From a phage: 64,000 bases of DNA. The stretch lies in the sequence record PZ386953.1, one strand, 5' to 3'. Of the stretch, positions 36,885 through 47,100 are shown one piece after another (position 1 is the stretch's first letter; each line of letters begins with the position of its first letter). The translations under genes were made by a program, and so were the position numbers. The notes beneath the pieces are model-generated. The model was not told the origin of the DNA. It saw only the letters and a program-made list of their open reading frames with translations, and made no database searches.

Positions 36885-38956
36885 TGGCAACAGCTGTTTT
36901 TAAACCTTACCGTGATTACTCTACAATGGCTGCACGGTTTCATTACCGCACAGTTCAGGATACTGCCGTTCCTGGTAGGGATTATGATCATGTTGAGGGC
37001 GATATAACTATCCCAGTTGGGGCAACCAGTATTGAAATCCCAGTGGAAATTGTTGACAAATTACCCAACAGGTTACCAAGAAGCTTCTTTATGGAGTTTT
37101 CATCAAAATCTCAAGGGGTGATGATTGGGACACAAAGGGCGAAATGTACAATAGTTTCAGATGAGAATCTTGACAGAATATCTTGGGATACTGTCGAGGA
37201 GAGAATGTTTCACCCAAGATATTGGGTTACAACCACTCAGCAGACTGAAAGTACCTGTATTGTTGCAGATGACAACTGTTGTATTAACCGTTTAGTGTCA
37301 AGAACATATGGAGGTATGGCTGGGTGCATTTGGGAAACAGTTGACAAGTATGACCATTTCGGTATTGGGTTTGATGATCACTATGAGATGAGAAACACCA
37401 AGCTTTGGTTCAGAATGTCAATAACCAATGCCAGCAACTTCTCCACTCCTGAAAAGATGATTATGACTGTAGACCTTGTTGATGGTACAATCATCTATGT
37501 TCCTTTAGCTCAATATGCTGTCAGCATCTCAGAGGATAAGAATGTTGCAGAGATTCATATTGATTTCGAGGACTGCGTCGGGATGGATCAGAACAACAAC
37601 ATGATGGGTGTTGATCCTCGACAGGTGAGAAGAATTTTAATACCGCTCATGCCTAAAGACTGGGTAAGTAATAGCACAGACCCGAGAACGGAAAATGTAG
37701 AGTGTGAGTTGCGCCTAGATCTGCTTCAGCCAGACACGGGCTGGAAAATGATGCAACTTAACAATATTCAGGTTAAAGAGCACGACGTTGGGATCTGCAC
37801 CGCATATGACGATATGTGGAACGTATCTCCTTTAAGGGTGTTGAACAATATCAAGCGTCTGGGCTATACCGGAACCATAAACCATTATGTTGGTATGAGT
37901 CATTATTATGACTACACATGGTCAGGAACCCAATGGTCTATAAACAGAACAGGAGCGCTAAACGCTGCAGCTTATAAATGGCATGATGATTTTATGTACA
38001 ATGCCAAACGACATAACTTCGACGTTATGCAATCTGTAAGTTTTGAGCTTTTCAGCGATGCCTGCCCGTTGGAATGGACCCAAAGAGACTGGAACGATAA
38101 CTACGCTAAAACAGGGTATACACCTTGTAGCTACCTCCTGTCTCCAACCATTGAAGAGGGTATGAATTTCCTTACTGCAGTATTTAAGAATTTTGCATCA
38201 GCCGCTATGAGAAACAACCTGCCAGTGATTATGCAGGTTGGTGAACCGTGGTGGTGGTACAATACCGATACTCGTAGACCTTGTATTTATGATTACCCTA
38301 CAAAACAGGCGTTTTATGATGAGACAGGCGAGTATGCCTTAGATATTGGGACTATTGACGATCCTAAAACTGGAGGTGTTTACGACAAGTATGTAGCATT
38401 TTGTCGTGGTAAGCTTGGCGCTCGTATTGCGGCTATTTCAAAGGCAATAAAGGCACACGCTGCATCAGCTCAGATGACAGCTCTGCTGTTTTTCCCAACC
38501 ATTATGGAAACCGAGCTTACGCAAAAGCTTAACCTTGCTGACCAATATAAAAAAGAAGCAGGCGCTCTTGATTTCTTCTGCACTGAGTGCTACGATTGGG
38601 TGATGCAGGGAGGTATTGAAAAGGCAAAAGAGTCTGTAAACATACCTATCGTTAAGTTAGGTTGGCAACCGTCTGAAATACAATACCTTGCAGGGTTCGT
38701 TCCTAGTAAAGAGCTTGCTCCGGTATATGGATACGACCCAACTAGGAATTACCAAGAATTTTTATGGAGATGTATTTGCGGAAACATGGCAACTATAGAG
38801 TATAGATACCCTGAGGTAAAACAGTATGTGTGGGCATACCCGCAAGTAATGTCTGACAGCATCACTGTTACCGCTAGAGATTCTACCGTGCTTCATATGG
38901 GGCAGGTTGCTCTGAAAGGGTATGTAGAAGATGTTGTCCCGCCAGACTTCTCATAA
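36884..38956 (+). CDS. tail protein with N-terminal Calx-beta-like domain
   Basis: 690 aa; N-terminal HYRTVQDTAVPGRDYDHVEGDITIPVGATSIEIPVEIVD fits the Calx-beta motif pattern by eye; start overlaps upstream stop. Confidence 0.45.
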   Translation: MATAVFKPYRDYSTMAARFHYRTVQDTAVPGRDYDHVEGDITIPVGATSIEIPVEIVDKLPNRLPRSFFMEFSSKSQGVMIGTQRAKCTIVSDENLDRISWDTVEERMFHPRYWVTTTQQTESTCIVADDNCCINRLVSRTYGGMAGCIWETVDKYDHFGIGFDDHYEMRNTKLWFRMSITNASNFSTPEKMIMTVDLVDGTIIYVPLAQYAVSISEDKNVAEIHIDFEDCVGMDQNNNMMGVDPRQVRRILIPLMPKDWVSNSTDPRTENVECELRLDLLQPDTGWKMMQLNNIQVKEHDVGICTAYDDMWNVSPLRVLNNIKRLGYTGTINHYVGMSHYYDYTWSGTQWSINRTGALNAAAYKWHDDFMYNAKRHNFDVMQSVSFELFSDACPLEWTQRDWNDNYAKTGYTPCSYLLSPTIEEGMNFLTAVFKNFASAAMRNNLPVIMQVGEPWWWYNTDTRRPCIYDYPTKQAFYDETGEYALDIGTIDDPKTGGVYDKYVAFCRGKLGARIAAISKAIKAHAASAQMTALLFFPTIMETELTQKLNLADQYKKEAGALDFFCTECYDWVMQGGIEKAKESVNIPIVKLGWQPSEIQYLAGFVPSKELAPVYGYDPTRNYQEFLWRCICGNMATIEYRYPEVKQYVWAYPQVMSDSITVTARDSTVLHMGQVALKGYVEDVVPPDFS

Positions 38957-38968
38957 TCAGGAGATAAA

Positions 38969-40009
38969 ATGTCAAAACCTAGTTTTCCATTAGAGATTTG
39001 GGCAGAGGAGGATCAGGTTCTGCCTAACACCCACAGACAGAACAGGCTACGCCCGATTGATGATTTGTGGAGAAAAGGTTGGGATCTTGGTCAAAAGCCC
39101 TCATGTGAAGAACTTAACTATATTTTCAATATGCTCGGAACTTGGGCAAAATATATTGCTGACGAGCAGATCCCCGCTCAAGAAGGCCGTTATCTGGTAC
39201 GCGATAATAACTTGAGTGATCTTTTGAACATTCCTGTTGCCCGTAGAAACCTTGGGATTATTACTAAGGAAGAGGCAGACGCCAGATATGTAAAAGTTAC
39301 AGGTGATACAATGACAGGCCCACTGGGTTTGCAACGTATCAACTTTAAAGCTGCCGAGACAGATAAGGCTTGGATAGAGACAACTATTGGCCCAGATAAG
39401 ACAACTCTCGACTTTGGGTTAAGTGATAATACCGGGTCGTTTGATGATGGTGGTACATCTACAGTAGATGCGTTCCGTTGGAGATTCCAGCCAACTCAGC
39501 CGGATATTAATCCAGAGTTCACTTTGATGTACCTTAACGCGATCACGGCTAACCGTGCGCTGTTGAAAGTGGTAGGCAATGTTGAAGTTGTCGATAACAT
39601 GAGGTGCAATAACCTTACTATCAGCAATACAGCAACATTCACCAACTGTAATGTGGCTAGTCAGTTGACGGCTGGGTCAGTATATGTTAATGGTGGTGCA
39701 AGTTGTGACAGCATGGTTGTAAGAAGCCAGCACTGTGTTGTCGGTAACAGAAATGTGGTGCGCTCTGTGAATGGGGTGACGGCTAACGGTAACGGTGATG
39801 TAACAATCACTATCCCGCAGACAGGTGTGCAAGACATCAGAATCGGTGCAAGACTTGTTGACGGCGTTTCTGAATCTCCAATTCGCAACGGCTACGTTGT
39901 CACAGGCTGGCATTTCGGTGACAAAAAAGAGATGCGTGGTTCAACCTACTGGGCAGGACCTTTACAAAAACTTGTAAATGGTCAATGGATCACTGTTAAT
40001 TATGCATAG
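38969..40009 (+). CDS. receptor-binding tail fibre, paralogue A
   Basis: 346 aa; paralogous over its length to ORF 41024..42067 (shared N-terminus M-x-KP..PL.IWA, central FRWRFQP...LNAITANRA, C-terminal QKLVNGQWIT). Confidence 0.55.
   Translation: MSKPSFPLEIWAEEDQVLPNTHRQNRLRPIDDLWRKGWDLGQKPSCEELNYIFNMLGTWAKYIADEQIPAQEGRYLVRDNNLSDLLNIPVARRNLGIITKEEADARYVKVTGDTMTGPLGLQRINFKAAETDKAWIETTIGPDKTTLDFGLSDNTGSFDDGGTSTVDAFRWRFQPTQPDINPEFTLMYLNAITANRALLKVVGNVEVVDNMRCNNLTISNTATFTNCNVASQLTAGSVYVNGGASCDSMVVRSQHCVVGNRNVVRSVNGVTANGNGDVTITIPQTGVQDIRIGARLVDGVSESPIRNGYVVTGWHFGDKKEMRGSTYWAGPLQKLVNGQWITVNYA
39965..39994 (+). repeat. 30-nt segment identical to 42022..42051 (3' end of fibre paralogue A)
   Basis: CAAAAACTTGTAAATGGTCAATGGATCACT read identically at both loci while flanking DNA is diverged. 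Confidence 0.8.
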
Positions 40010-40023
40010 ATCGGAGGACTAGC

Positions 40024-40608
40024 ATGAAAATACTTCAAGAGTTTAAACTTTACCAACCGGGATCTGGCGAATACCACCCTAACAAGGGAACCAAGGAGCT
40101 GACCCCTCAAGAGGTTGAGGATTACACCGCATACACTGGGTATTTTTTACGTAATGATGATGGCGATTGGTATGTGCAGTCACGAACATTACGACAAGAA
40201 AATCCGGGTTGTATCTTCCTACTTGTTGACGAGAAGGGAATTCTTAAGACATCTACAGAAGAACCTGATGCCCTATGGCCTGCTCCAGGTCTTCGTGTGG
40301 TTATCGCCAAAAAAGAAGAGGTACCAGAAAACATTATGCTTCACCACGACGCTTTGCGTTTAGTTGGTGATGAATTTGTCACAGACAATGAATTCTTTGT
40401 TCAACAGGCAGAGGGTGTCATAGAGACAGAACTTGCTTGGGCTACTGCTAGAATTGGTGCCTATCAAGACATGATTGACCTTGAATATGATCTTACTGAT
40501 GACCAGAAACGTAACATCAGAGATTTGAAAATGTACAGGGTAAAACTTCTTGAAATAGATACATCTAAAGCCCCTGACATTTTCTTCCCGGAGCGACCTA
40601 CCCTCTAA
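40024..40608 (+). CDS. hypothetical fibre-associated protein (possible assembly factor)
   Basis: 194-aa acidic ORF with GGAGG SD directly after fibre paralogue A. Confidence 0.45.
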   Translation: MKILQEFKLYQPGSGEYHPNKGTKELTPQEVEDYTAYTGYFLRNDDGDWYVQSRTLRQENPGCIFLLVDEKGILKTSTEEPDALWPAPGLRVVIAKKEEVPENIMLHHDALRLVGDEFVTDNEFFVQQAEGVIETELAWATARIGAYQDMIDLEYDLTDDQKRNIRDLKMYRVKLLEIDTSKAPDIFFPERPTL

Positions 40609-40619
40609 GAGGAGGTGTT

Positions 40620-40934
40620 GTGGAGTTGGATTTGGCGGCATTGTACGGTATCTGCATGGGTACCGTTGTCCCGATCTGTGTATGGGCTTTCAACCAGTGG
40701 CACACCAAATGGAAAGGCATTTCCAAGAGGTTGGATGAACTGGAGAAAGACCTCATCTTAGTGAAAAACAGTATGGTTACAAAAGATAAACTTGATTCTA
40801 TTATCGAGACCCGGTTAAGCAAGCTAGAGGCCGATATTAACGACCTTAAGCAGGATGTTAGGACAGATGTCTCCGGCATCAGAGCTGATGTACAAAAGAT
40901 TTTGCACATGCTTGTAGAGCATAGTAAAAGGTAA
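40620..40934 (+). CDS. small membrane protein (N-terminal TM helix + coiled coil)
   Basis: 104 aa; hydrophobic LAALYGICMGTVVPICVWAF then charged helical region; start codon uncertain (GTG 40620 sits too close to SD). Confidence 0.4.
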   Translation: MELDLAALYGICMGTVVPICVWAFNQWHTKWKGISKRLDELEKDLILVKNSMVTKDKLDSIIETRLSKLEADINDLKQDVRTDVSGIRADVQKILHMLVEHSKR

Positions 40935-40939
40935 ACAAA

Positions 40940-40963
40940 GGTCAGGACGGAAAGGACTCCGTT
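40940..40963 (+). terminator. hairpin, weak terminator-like
   Basis: GGACGGA-AAGGAC-TCCGTTC stem-loop after ORF 40620..40934, without a clear T tract before the promoter. Confidence 0.3.
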
Positions 40964-40964
40964 C

Positions 40965-40993
40965 TTGCATTTTGTTCACTAAAGTGTTAAAAT
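40965..40993 (+). promoter_or_regulatory. sigma70-like promoter TTGCAT-17-TAAAAT
   Basis: -35 TTGCAT 40965-40970, 17-nt spacer, -10 TAAAAT 40988-40993, upstream of fibre paralogue B. Confidence 0.5.
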
Positions 40994-41023
40994 AGTCCTA
41001 AGGAATTTTCTCAGGAGAACGTG

Positions 41024-42067
41024 ATGACTAAACCAGTTATCCCTCTTGATATTTGGGCCAATCAGGATGTTGTGCTTGAAAATACGGGAGAATTGAATAA
41101 GTCCCAACCAAAAAAAGAAGAGAGACTGAAAGGTTGGGATATGACACAAAGAGTGGCATGTGAAGTTGTTAACTTTGAACTTCACATGCTTTCTGCGTGG
41201 TTAAAGCATTTAACAGAAGATGTTGTCCCAGGATGGGATAATAGATTCTTAAGGGTCACTAATAATCTGGCAGACGTTCCAGACAAAGCTGCTGCACGTC
41301 AAGTTCTCAATGTATACTCGCCTGAAGAAATGGATGACCTTTATGTTGACAAGGCTGGAGACACAATGATCCAGACTCAAACTTTAGGTCTTCAAAGAAT
41401 CGAGTTTGCATCCGCGTCAACAGACAATGCGGCGATATACACCACCATAACTTCAGACAAGACGATGATGGATTTCTGGATTATGGACAACATCGGTGGT
41501 GCTGACGGCACAGACCTTGATGATCCCTCTCACCAAATAGACGGTTTCCGTTGGAGATTTCAACCTTCTGGTGGGCAGCCTGTGTTTTCAGCTATGAAGC
41601 TCAATGCTATAACTGCCAACCGTGCAAGACTGGCTATCCAAGGAAATCTTGAATGCAACGACGCAAAAAGTTCCTCTGCAAATGCCAATGCAGCTACGAT
41701 ACCAAGAGCCACTGTTAATGGACAACAATCCTGTGGAAGCGCTCAAATAGGTGGAAGAGTTGATTGTAACGATGAAACCGTCAGGGGCCAATATGCAACA
41801 GTTGGTGGAAGAAACGTGGTCCGCAGGGTAAATGGTAACAGCGCAGACGGTAGTGGTAACCTTACTATCCCTATGCCCAGCAGAGGGGTTGATGATGTGA
41901 GGATAGCAAACCGTTTCAAAACCACCTACAGAGAGTCAAGAGTCTACCCTGGACATGTGATGTGCTCGGGTAACTACGCTTATAAACACCCTTATCAAGG
42001 TGATTACTGGACAGGTGCTATCCAAAAACTTGTAAATGGTCAATGGATCACTATATCTTATGCTTAA
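41024..42067 (+). CDS. receptor-binding tail fibre, paralogue B
   Basis: ATG 41024 with AGGAGA SD; N-terminus MTKPVIPLDIWAN parallels paralogue A; own promoter. Confidence 0.55.
   Translation: MTKPVIPLDIWANQDVVLENTGELNKSQPKKEERLKGWDMTQRVACEVVNFELHMLSAWLKHLTEDVVPGWDNRFLRVTNNLADVPDKAAARQVLNVYSPEEMDDLYVDKAGDTMIQTQTLGLQRIEFASASTDNAAIYTTITSDKTMMDFWIMDNIGGADGTDLDDPSHQIDGFRWRFQPSGGQPVFSAMKLNAITANRARLAIQGNLECNDAKSSSANANAATIPRATVNGQQSCGSAQIGGRVDCNDETVRGQYATVGGRNVVRRVNGNSADGSGNLTIPMPSRGVDDVRIANRFKTTYRESRVYPGHVMCSGNYAYKHPYQGDYWTGAIQKLVNGQWITISYA
42022..42051 (+). repeat. 30-nt segment identical to 39965..39994 (3' end of fibre paralogue B)
   Basis: Same 30-mer as in paralogue A, encoding QKLVNGQWIT. 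Confidence 0.8.
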
Positions 42068-42078
42068 AAAGAGGGTAA

Positions 42079-42345
42079 ATGAAACTAACTCAGTTTTTAT
42101 GGGGACTGGTTGCGGCATCTGATGACCCTACGAAAGTGTCCCAATCTAAGCTATGGTCAAACATAGGTATGGCGGTGATGACTGGGGTGTTTATTCATAT
42201 GGGGTATAATGATACGCTTCCTGAATGGTATGCGTGGATATATGCGCCTTCGGTAGCTTGCCCCCAGCTTATTAGCAAATTCATCTCGCTCCGGTGGGGT
42301 TGCCAGCACCCTGACCACGTTAAAAACGAAGAGCAAAAAGCTTAA
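42079..42345 (+). CDS. small multi-pass membrane protein (holin-like or exclusion-like)
   Basis: 88 aa with 2-3 hydrophobic segments and charged C-terminus; AGAGGG SD; directly after fibre paralogue B. Confidence 0.45.
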   Translation: MKLTQFLWGLVAASDDPTKVSQSKLWSNIGMAVMTGVFIHMGYNDTLPEWYAWIYAPSVACPQLISKFISLRWGCQHPDHVKNEEQKA

Positions 42346-42354
42346 GGAGAGATC

Positions 42355-44100
42355 ATGGCGCAAGACATGACAAGCTTTGAGCAGGCGGTAGATCAAGTAA
42401 TTGTTGATTCTGAACGTTTGCACCTGATTGTCAACGGTAACGCTGTGGATGAGGTTGTCGTAGAGGATGGGACCACCATCCCTACGGTACGAAAAGCCAT
42501 GCTTGACACCCTTTATTTTAAAACGCCGCCGATCCCTTGGGCGTATGGTGCATCCACAACAGTTTTTAACCAGCTATATGAGTTTAAAGGGGACACAGGG
42601 CCCCAGTGGTGGTACGCTCCCGCAGCATCAAAATCTAACCCGGTTAGAATGCCAGCAGATCCTTCACAATCCCCAAACTGGAGATTATATACTGACTCTG
42701 CAGTAATGGCAAAATACTATGCAAAACTTAACAGCCCAAGGTTCGAAGGTGACCCGCGAGTACCTACACCTCCAATGGACGATAAGTCAGAGTCTATAGC
42801 AAACACAGAGTTTGTTGTTGACTATGTTGATAGTATATTTAAAGCCATGGAGGGGATGAAAGTTACTGTAGGATCTTTGGTGGTGAAAGGTCTTACAGAA
42901 CTCGCTAACACCATAGTTGGTGGCACCCTTACCTTACATGGACCTGTTAATGGGGCAGATTCTACTGCACGCTTTAGGAATCTAATCCTCACGGCAAATA
43001 CTTCTACACTTACTTTTGCGTGGAGCGATCCTAAGCATGCAGACTGGAGAAGTACAGAGCTGCAACCTCATGAAGTGTCCACCCACAGGGTTATAGCTGA
43101 CACTATAACTTCTGGGAAACCAGTGGCTAATAATAACGATGTACATTTTGATGGTCTGGGTAATAACTTTTTTGACTACGTGTACATTCGTGGTAATGCC
43201 ATGAAGGCAGCAACCGAACCGACATTGCAGGTCGATGGGACCACCAGGGTTAAGAACCTTGAGGTGACAGGTACCGTTACAGGGATAACCTACTCTGTTG
43301 ATGGCACCATGATCTACCCTAGCTATATTGAAAGCACGGGCGATGCATTGATAAACGGCGATTTGGAGGTTGGCGGGTCTGTAGTTATCCGAGGTACAGC
43401 CTCTATCCAAAATATAGCTCTGAATACTTTAAGAGTCAATGAGCGTGCAACTTTTGAAGGAGAAGGGCTTACAGCCAATAAAGGTACAATTACTGAGCTG
43501 ACCACCACCACTTTAACTGCAACAACTGCAAACTCTGAAAACTGCAACATTACCAGAAACTTGCAGGTAAATGGAGATGTTAGTTTAAACGCCGCAGGGA
43601 CTGGCACCACCTACCTTCACAATCTTGAAATATCCGGCACAGTGACCGGATGGCTGCCAGACTTCTCTAATGTCAACTTTGTCTGTAATGGTATTAACTC
43701 CAGTGGTAAGATAACCACCTCTCAAGAAATTGAGGCTGGTAAAACCATCACTGCCCCTACTTTCCACGCAGGGAAGGTAGATTTCGATTTAGAGGAGGTT
43801 GACGCGTCCAGTGGGACATGGACACCTAACGGGCAGGCCAGTATGTATGTTGTCCACGCTAAAGGGGATTTTACAATAGGGCAGTGGCCTGGGACATCAG
43901 CGGAAGATAAACCTTATCCATTTACTGCGGTTATCTATGTAATTCAGGATGCTGTAGGTCACAACGTGACTTTGCACGATAAGTATGCTATCCTGTCGGC
44001 AACACCTGTTATTAACAACAAGGCTAACAGTGTTACCTTGCTGCAATTAACGTATTGTGGTGTTGGTGATATCGTAGATGTAGTAATTGCACAACGTTAA
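42355..44100 (+). CDS. tail fibre protein
   Basis: 581-aa Thr/Gly/Asn-rich fibre-like protein with AAGGAG SD. Confidence 0.5.
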   Translation: MAQDMTSFEQAVDQVIVDSERLHLIVNGNAVDEVVVEDGTTIPTVRKAMLDTLYFKTPPIPWAYGASTTVFNQLYEFKGDTGPQWWYAPAASKSNPVRMPADPSQSPNWRLYTDSAVMAKYYAKLNSPRFEGDPRVPTPPMDDKSESIANTEFVVDYVDSIFKAMEGMKVTVGSLVVKGLTELANTIVGGTLTLHGPVNGADSTARFRNLILTANTSTLTFAWSDPKHADWRSTELQPHEVSTHRVIADTITSGKPVANNNDVHFDGLGNNFFDYVYIRGNAMKAATEPTLQVDGTTRVKNLEVTGTVTGITYSVDGTMIYPSYIESTGDALINGDLEVGGSVVIRGTASIQNIALNTLRVNERATFEGEGLTANKGTITELTTTTLTATTANSENCNITRNLQVNGDVSLNAAGTGTTYLHNLEISGTVTGWLPDFSNVNFVCNGINSSGKITTSQEIEAGKTITAPTFHAGKVDFDLEEVDASSGTWTPNGQASMYVVHAKGDFTIGQWPGTSAEDKPYPFTAVIYVIQDAVGHNVTLHDKYAILSATPVINNKANSVTLLQLTYCGVGDIVDVVIAQR

Positions 44101-44108
44101 TATATCTA

Positions 44109-44134
44109 ACCGCTCCTGACGGGGCGGTTTTCTT
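44109..44134 (+). terminator. intrinsic terminator
   Basis: CCGCTCC-TGAC-GGGGCGG hairpin followed by TTTTCTT. Confidence 0.55.
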
Positions 44135-44148
44135 ATCTGGAGAACACA

Positions 44149-47100
44149 ATGCTTCCAATCCCTTTGCTAAAACTTGGTCGTCATTTCCTCGATAAGAGGG
44201 GTGGAATTAAGGAACTTGCTGTTCTGTCATACCCAATAGACAACAGTGATGGTACAAGCAATACAGTATCCTATGTAAATAGCTTAGCTATACTTTTTGA
44301 TGATGGTCAGCTTAATATTACTGGTTATAATAGGTTCGGAGAGTGTCGGACTGGAGATCTTGATACAATAAACTATCCTAATGAGGCAGCTTGGAACGTA
44401 GACCATGTTTGGAGAGCTGACCGTGCATTTGTAATCCGCACATTCGATAATAAATTTTTCTATATTGGTTGCACAGCTGGTCTTATCGGATCGGAGGCAG
44501 CAGGTGGAAACGATGTTTGTGTCAGAGAGTGGACACCTTTGCCGGAACAGATCGTAACAGGGTTGCATTTGGACACCCATCCTGAGAGACTTGTTGAAGT
44601 AATGGGTGGCGTAAACAATACAGTGTGGGTAATTGCTGCACCAGAGGCTGATGGTATGCTTCACCTGTACGGCTCTGGCAATAATACTTACGGCTCTCTT
44701 CATGTTGACAAAAATCAACACGCTACTCCAGTTAAGATTGGTGAAACATCTGAAAGTCCAGAGACAGGTCCTTGGAAAAACCCAAGAATTAATTGTGAAG
44801 TTCATGACAACTCGGTTATTTTTGGTGGTCCTAACGGATTCTGGATTGCAGGTTACGATTTCTTAAGAAATAACAGCAAAAACACACTAATTTATCCAGC
44901 CGAGCATGCGACTCTTGACCAGTTTAAAGGCATCTCGGTGGGCGAGACATGGAAAGGGTTTATGTGTGGACCTAATGGTGCAATTATAGCCACAGAAAGG
45001 ATGCACAAACCTGATGACCAACAGCTTGTTAATGTGTTTTATGGTCAGGATGTTTGGGGTGACGACACGTGGAGAAGCCTTAACATCACCTATACCCATG
45101 AAGTAATTATGGCTCGCGGGTACGGGACTAGTGGAATTTTCTTCAATAATGGTACAAAACAGTACCGTGGTTTCTCCAGAAACCTGTGTAACGATATTGG
45201 TGCTCAATCTGCTAATAATAATCCTAGGGCCAATTTTATTCATTACAGAGCGCTGGCAACAGCTAAGTTTGTTGAACAGACAGAGCCAGTAAGCTGGACA
45301 GAAAGCGTTTATTTTCAAGGGATCCACAGGGAAGGTTTCTTAGGCACATTCTGTGTGGTAAATGGAAAGCTTTGGTGGTCAGGTATCCCAAGGGGCAGTT
45401 TTTCAGGCTCTAATAACCTGTTCGGCGGCAGACTTAACAGCCAAGGGTTCACAGAGATTCCTGAGAATTGGTATAAAAATGTTCCGGTAGATAGCTGGAG
45501 TATCGAAGACATCTTTGATGTCAATGGTGTAAGCAGTGTTAGCAATATATACATTGGCGACACTGTCAAAATGAAGTTGAAACCTCAACCGGAGGGTGCT
45601 ACGTTCATTATTGACAAGATTGAGCTCGTGAACGCTGCAGGTACTGTTGTTACAGATGCAAACTATCAGTTCTCTACTAGCTGGAACCATGGCGGTGCTA
45701 ACGAGGTTGTGGTTACCCAGCATAACCGTAACATCAACAGACGCGGTCTGTATTCTGTCAAGATCACCTATCATGATAAACATGGCGCTGGAAGAACCCA
45801 CACCACACGAAACTTAAACTGGAACATTGTAGTTCCTGCATATCCGTCAGACGGCAAATGGCACACTGTTGGCAGGAAGAAACAGTTCCATGTAAACGAT
45901 ACTGTATACTTTGGGCTTAACGGCTCTCAGCCTGCTCCAGAAAGCGATACAGCATATATGGTTAGGCTTCACAGGCAAGATGCCGGATCTACCACGTATG
46001 ATGTGACCCAGGAGATCTACGACCAGAGACGCAGTATCTATGACAATCTTGTGAAAACACAAGCCTTGTGGGAGTTCAACCCTAACGGCAAAGGCGGGAA
46101 GATGCTGCAGGTTAACGAGCAGAACGGAACATCGTTAACAGTGCACGAGCATGCTGATCCATGGCCTGATCCTGGTAAGCCTAACCCAGGTGCTCGCACA
46201 CTGAAAGTTGTTAGCCACAACGCAGGGTATTTCGGGATACGTTGGGAAGCTACAGTAAAATATGTTGATGGAACAACAAACAATATAGGTATTACTCTGG
46301 GTGGTACCAGTGAAGATAGTTCTCTGAAAATTGCCTACACCCCTAGAGGCATCTCTATTGACAATATGGATATAGTTCGTAACGGTTACGGTGATGTAAA
46401 CATCAAAGTTACCCTCGGTGAACATCTTGGTGGAGAAAGGATCATCATGTATGCCTTTGACCATGATCCTCGCACCAATGGAACCTATGCAAATCAGGCG
46501 TGGAGTTACCTGATAAATGCACCTGAGCCAAATACTAAAGAGTTTTATTATGGTATGAAGCGCGATGTGTGCAAGAAAACAGGAACACATGACTGGATCG
46601 CTATCTGCGTTAAAGATGAGCGGACAGCTTGGGACGAGCCTGTTAACAGATGGTTCATAGGAATCCCAACCAGAAGTGATAAATATGTCACAGAATATAT
46701 TGTGTGCATGGGCGGCACCAACCTGAACCTGTGTTGGAACGAAGATGCAAACAAATATTCCGATTATGACTATATGAGAGATATCTCTTGTAATCAGTGG
46801 TTTAACCAGACTACAGGTTACCCTCCGCGTCAGGCGAGAGTAAACCCTGCAATCTTCACAGATACGCAGGTTTTCTTGACAAAACAGGCCAACGAGGTTC
46901 AGACCTTCAAGAACAAATACGACCCTAACAAGTGGTTTTATAACTGTTATGGCGCATTTTTCTGGGGTCCGGGGGAACTACCTAACGGGGGATCTTGCTT
47001 CGAGGCTGCAACCTATGGCAGCGACTATATTATGGGGCAAGTCAAGAAATACAAAATGATCCCTGGTCCTGAAACCCTGGGTAATGCTGTTGACCCGTAT

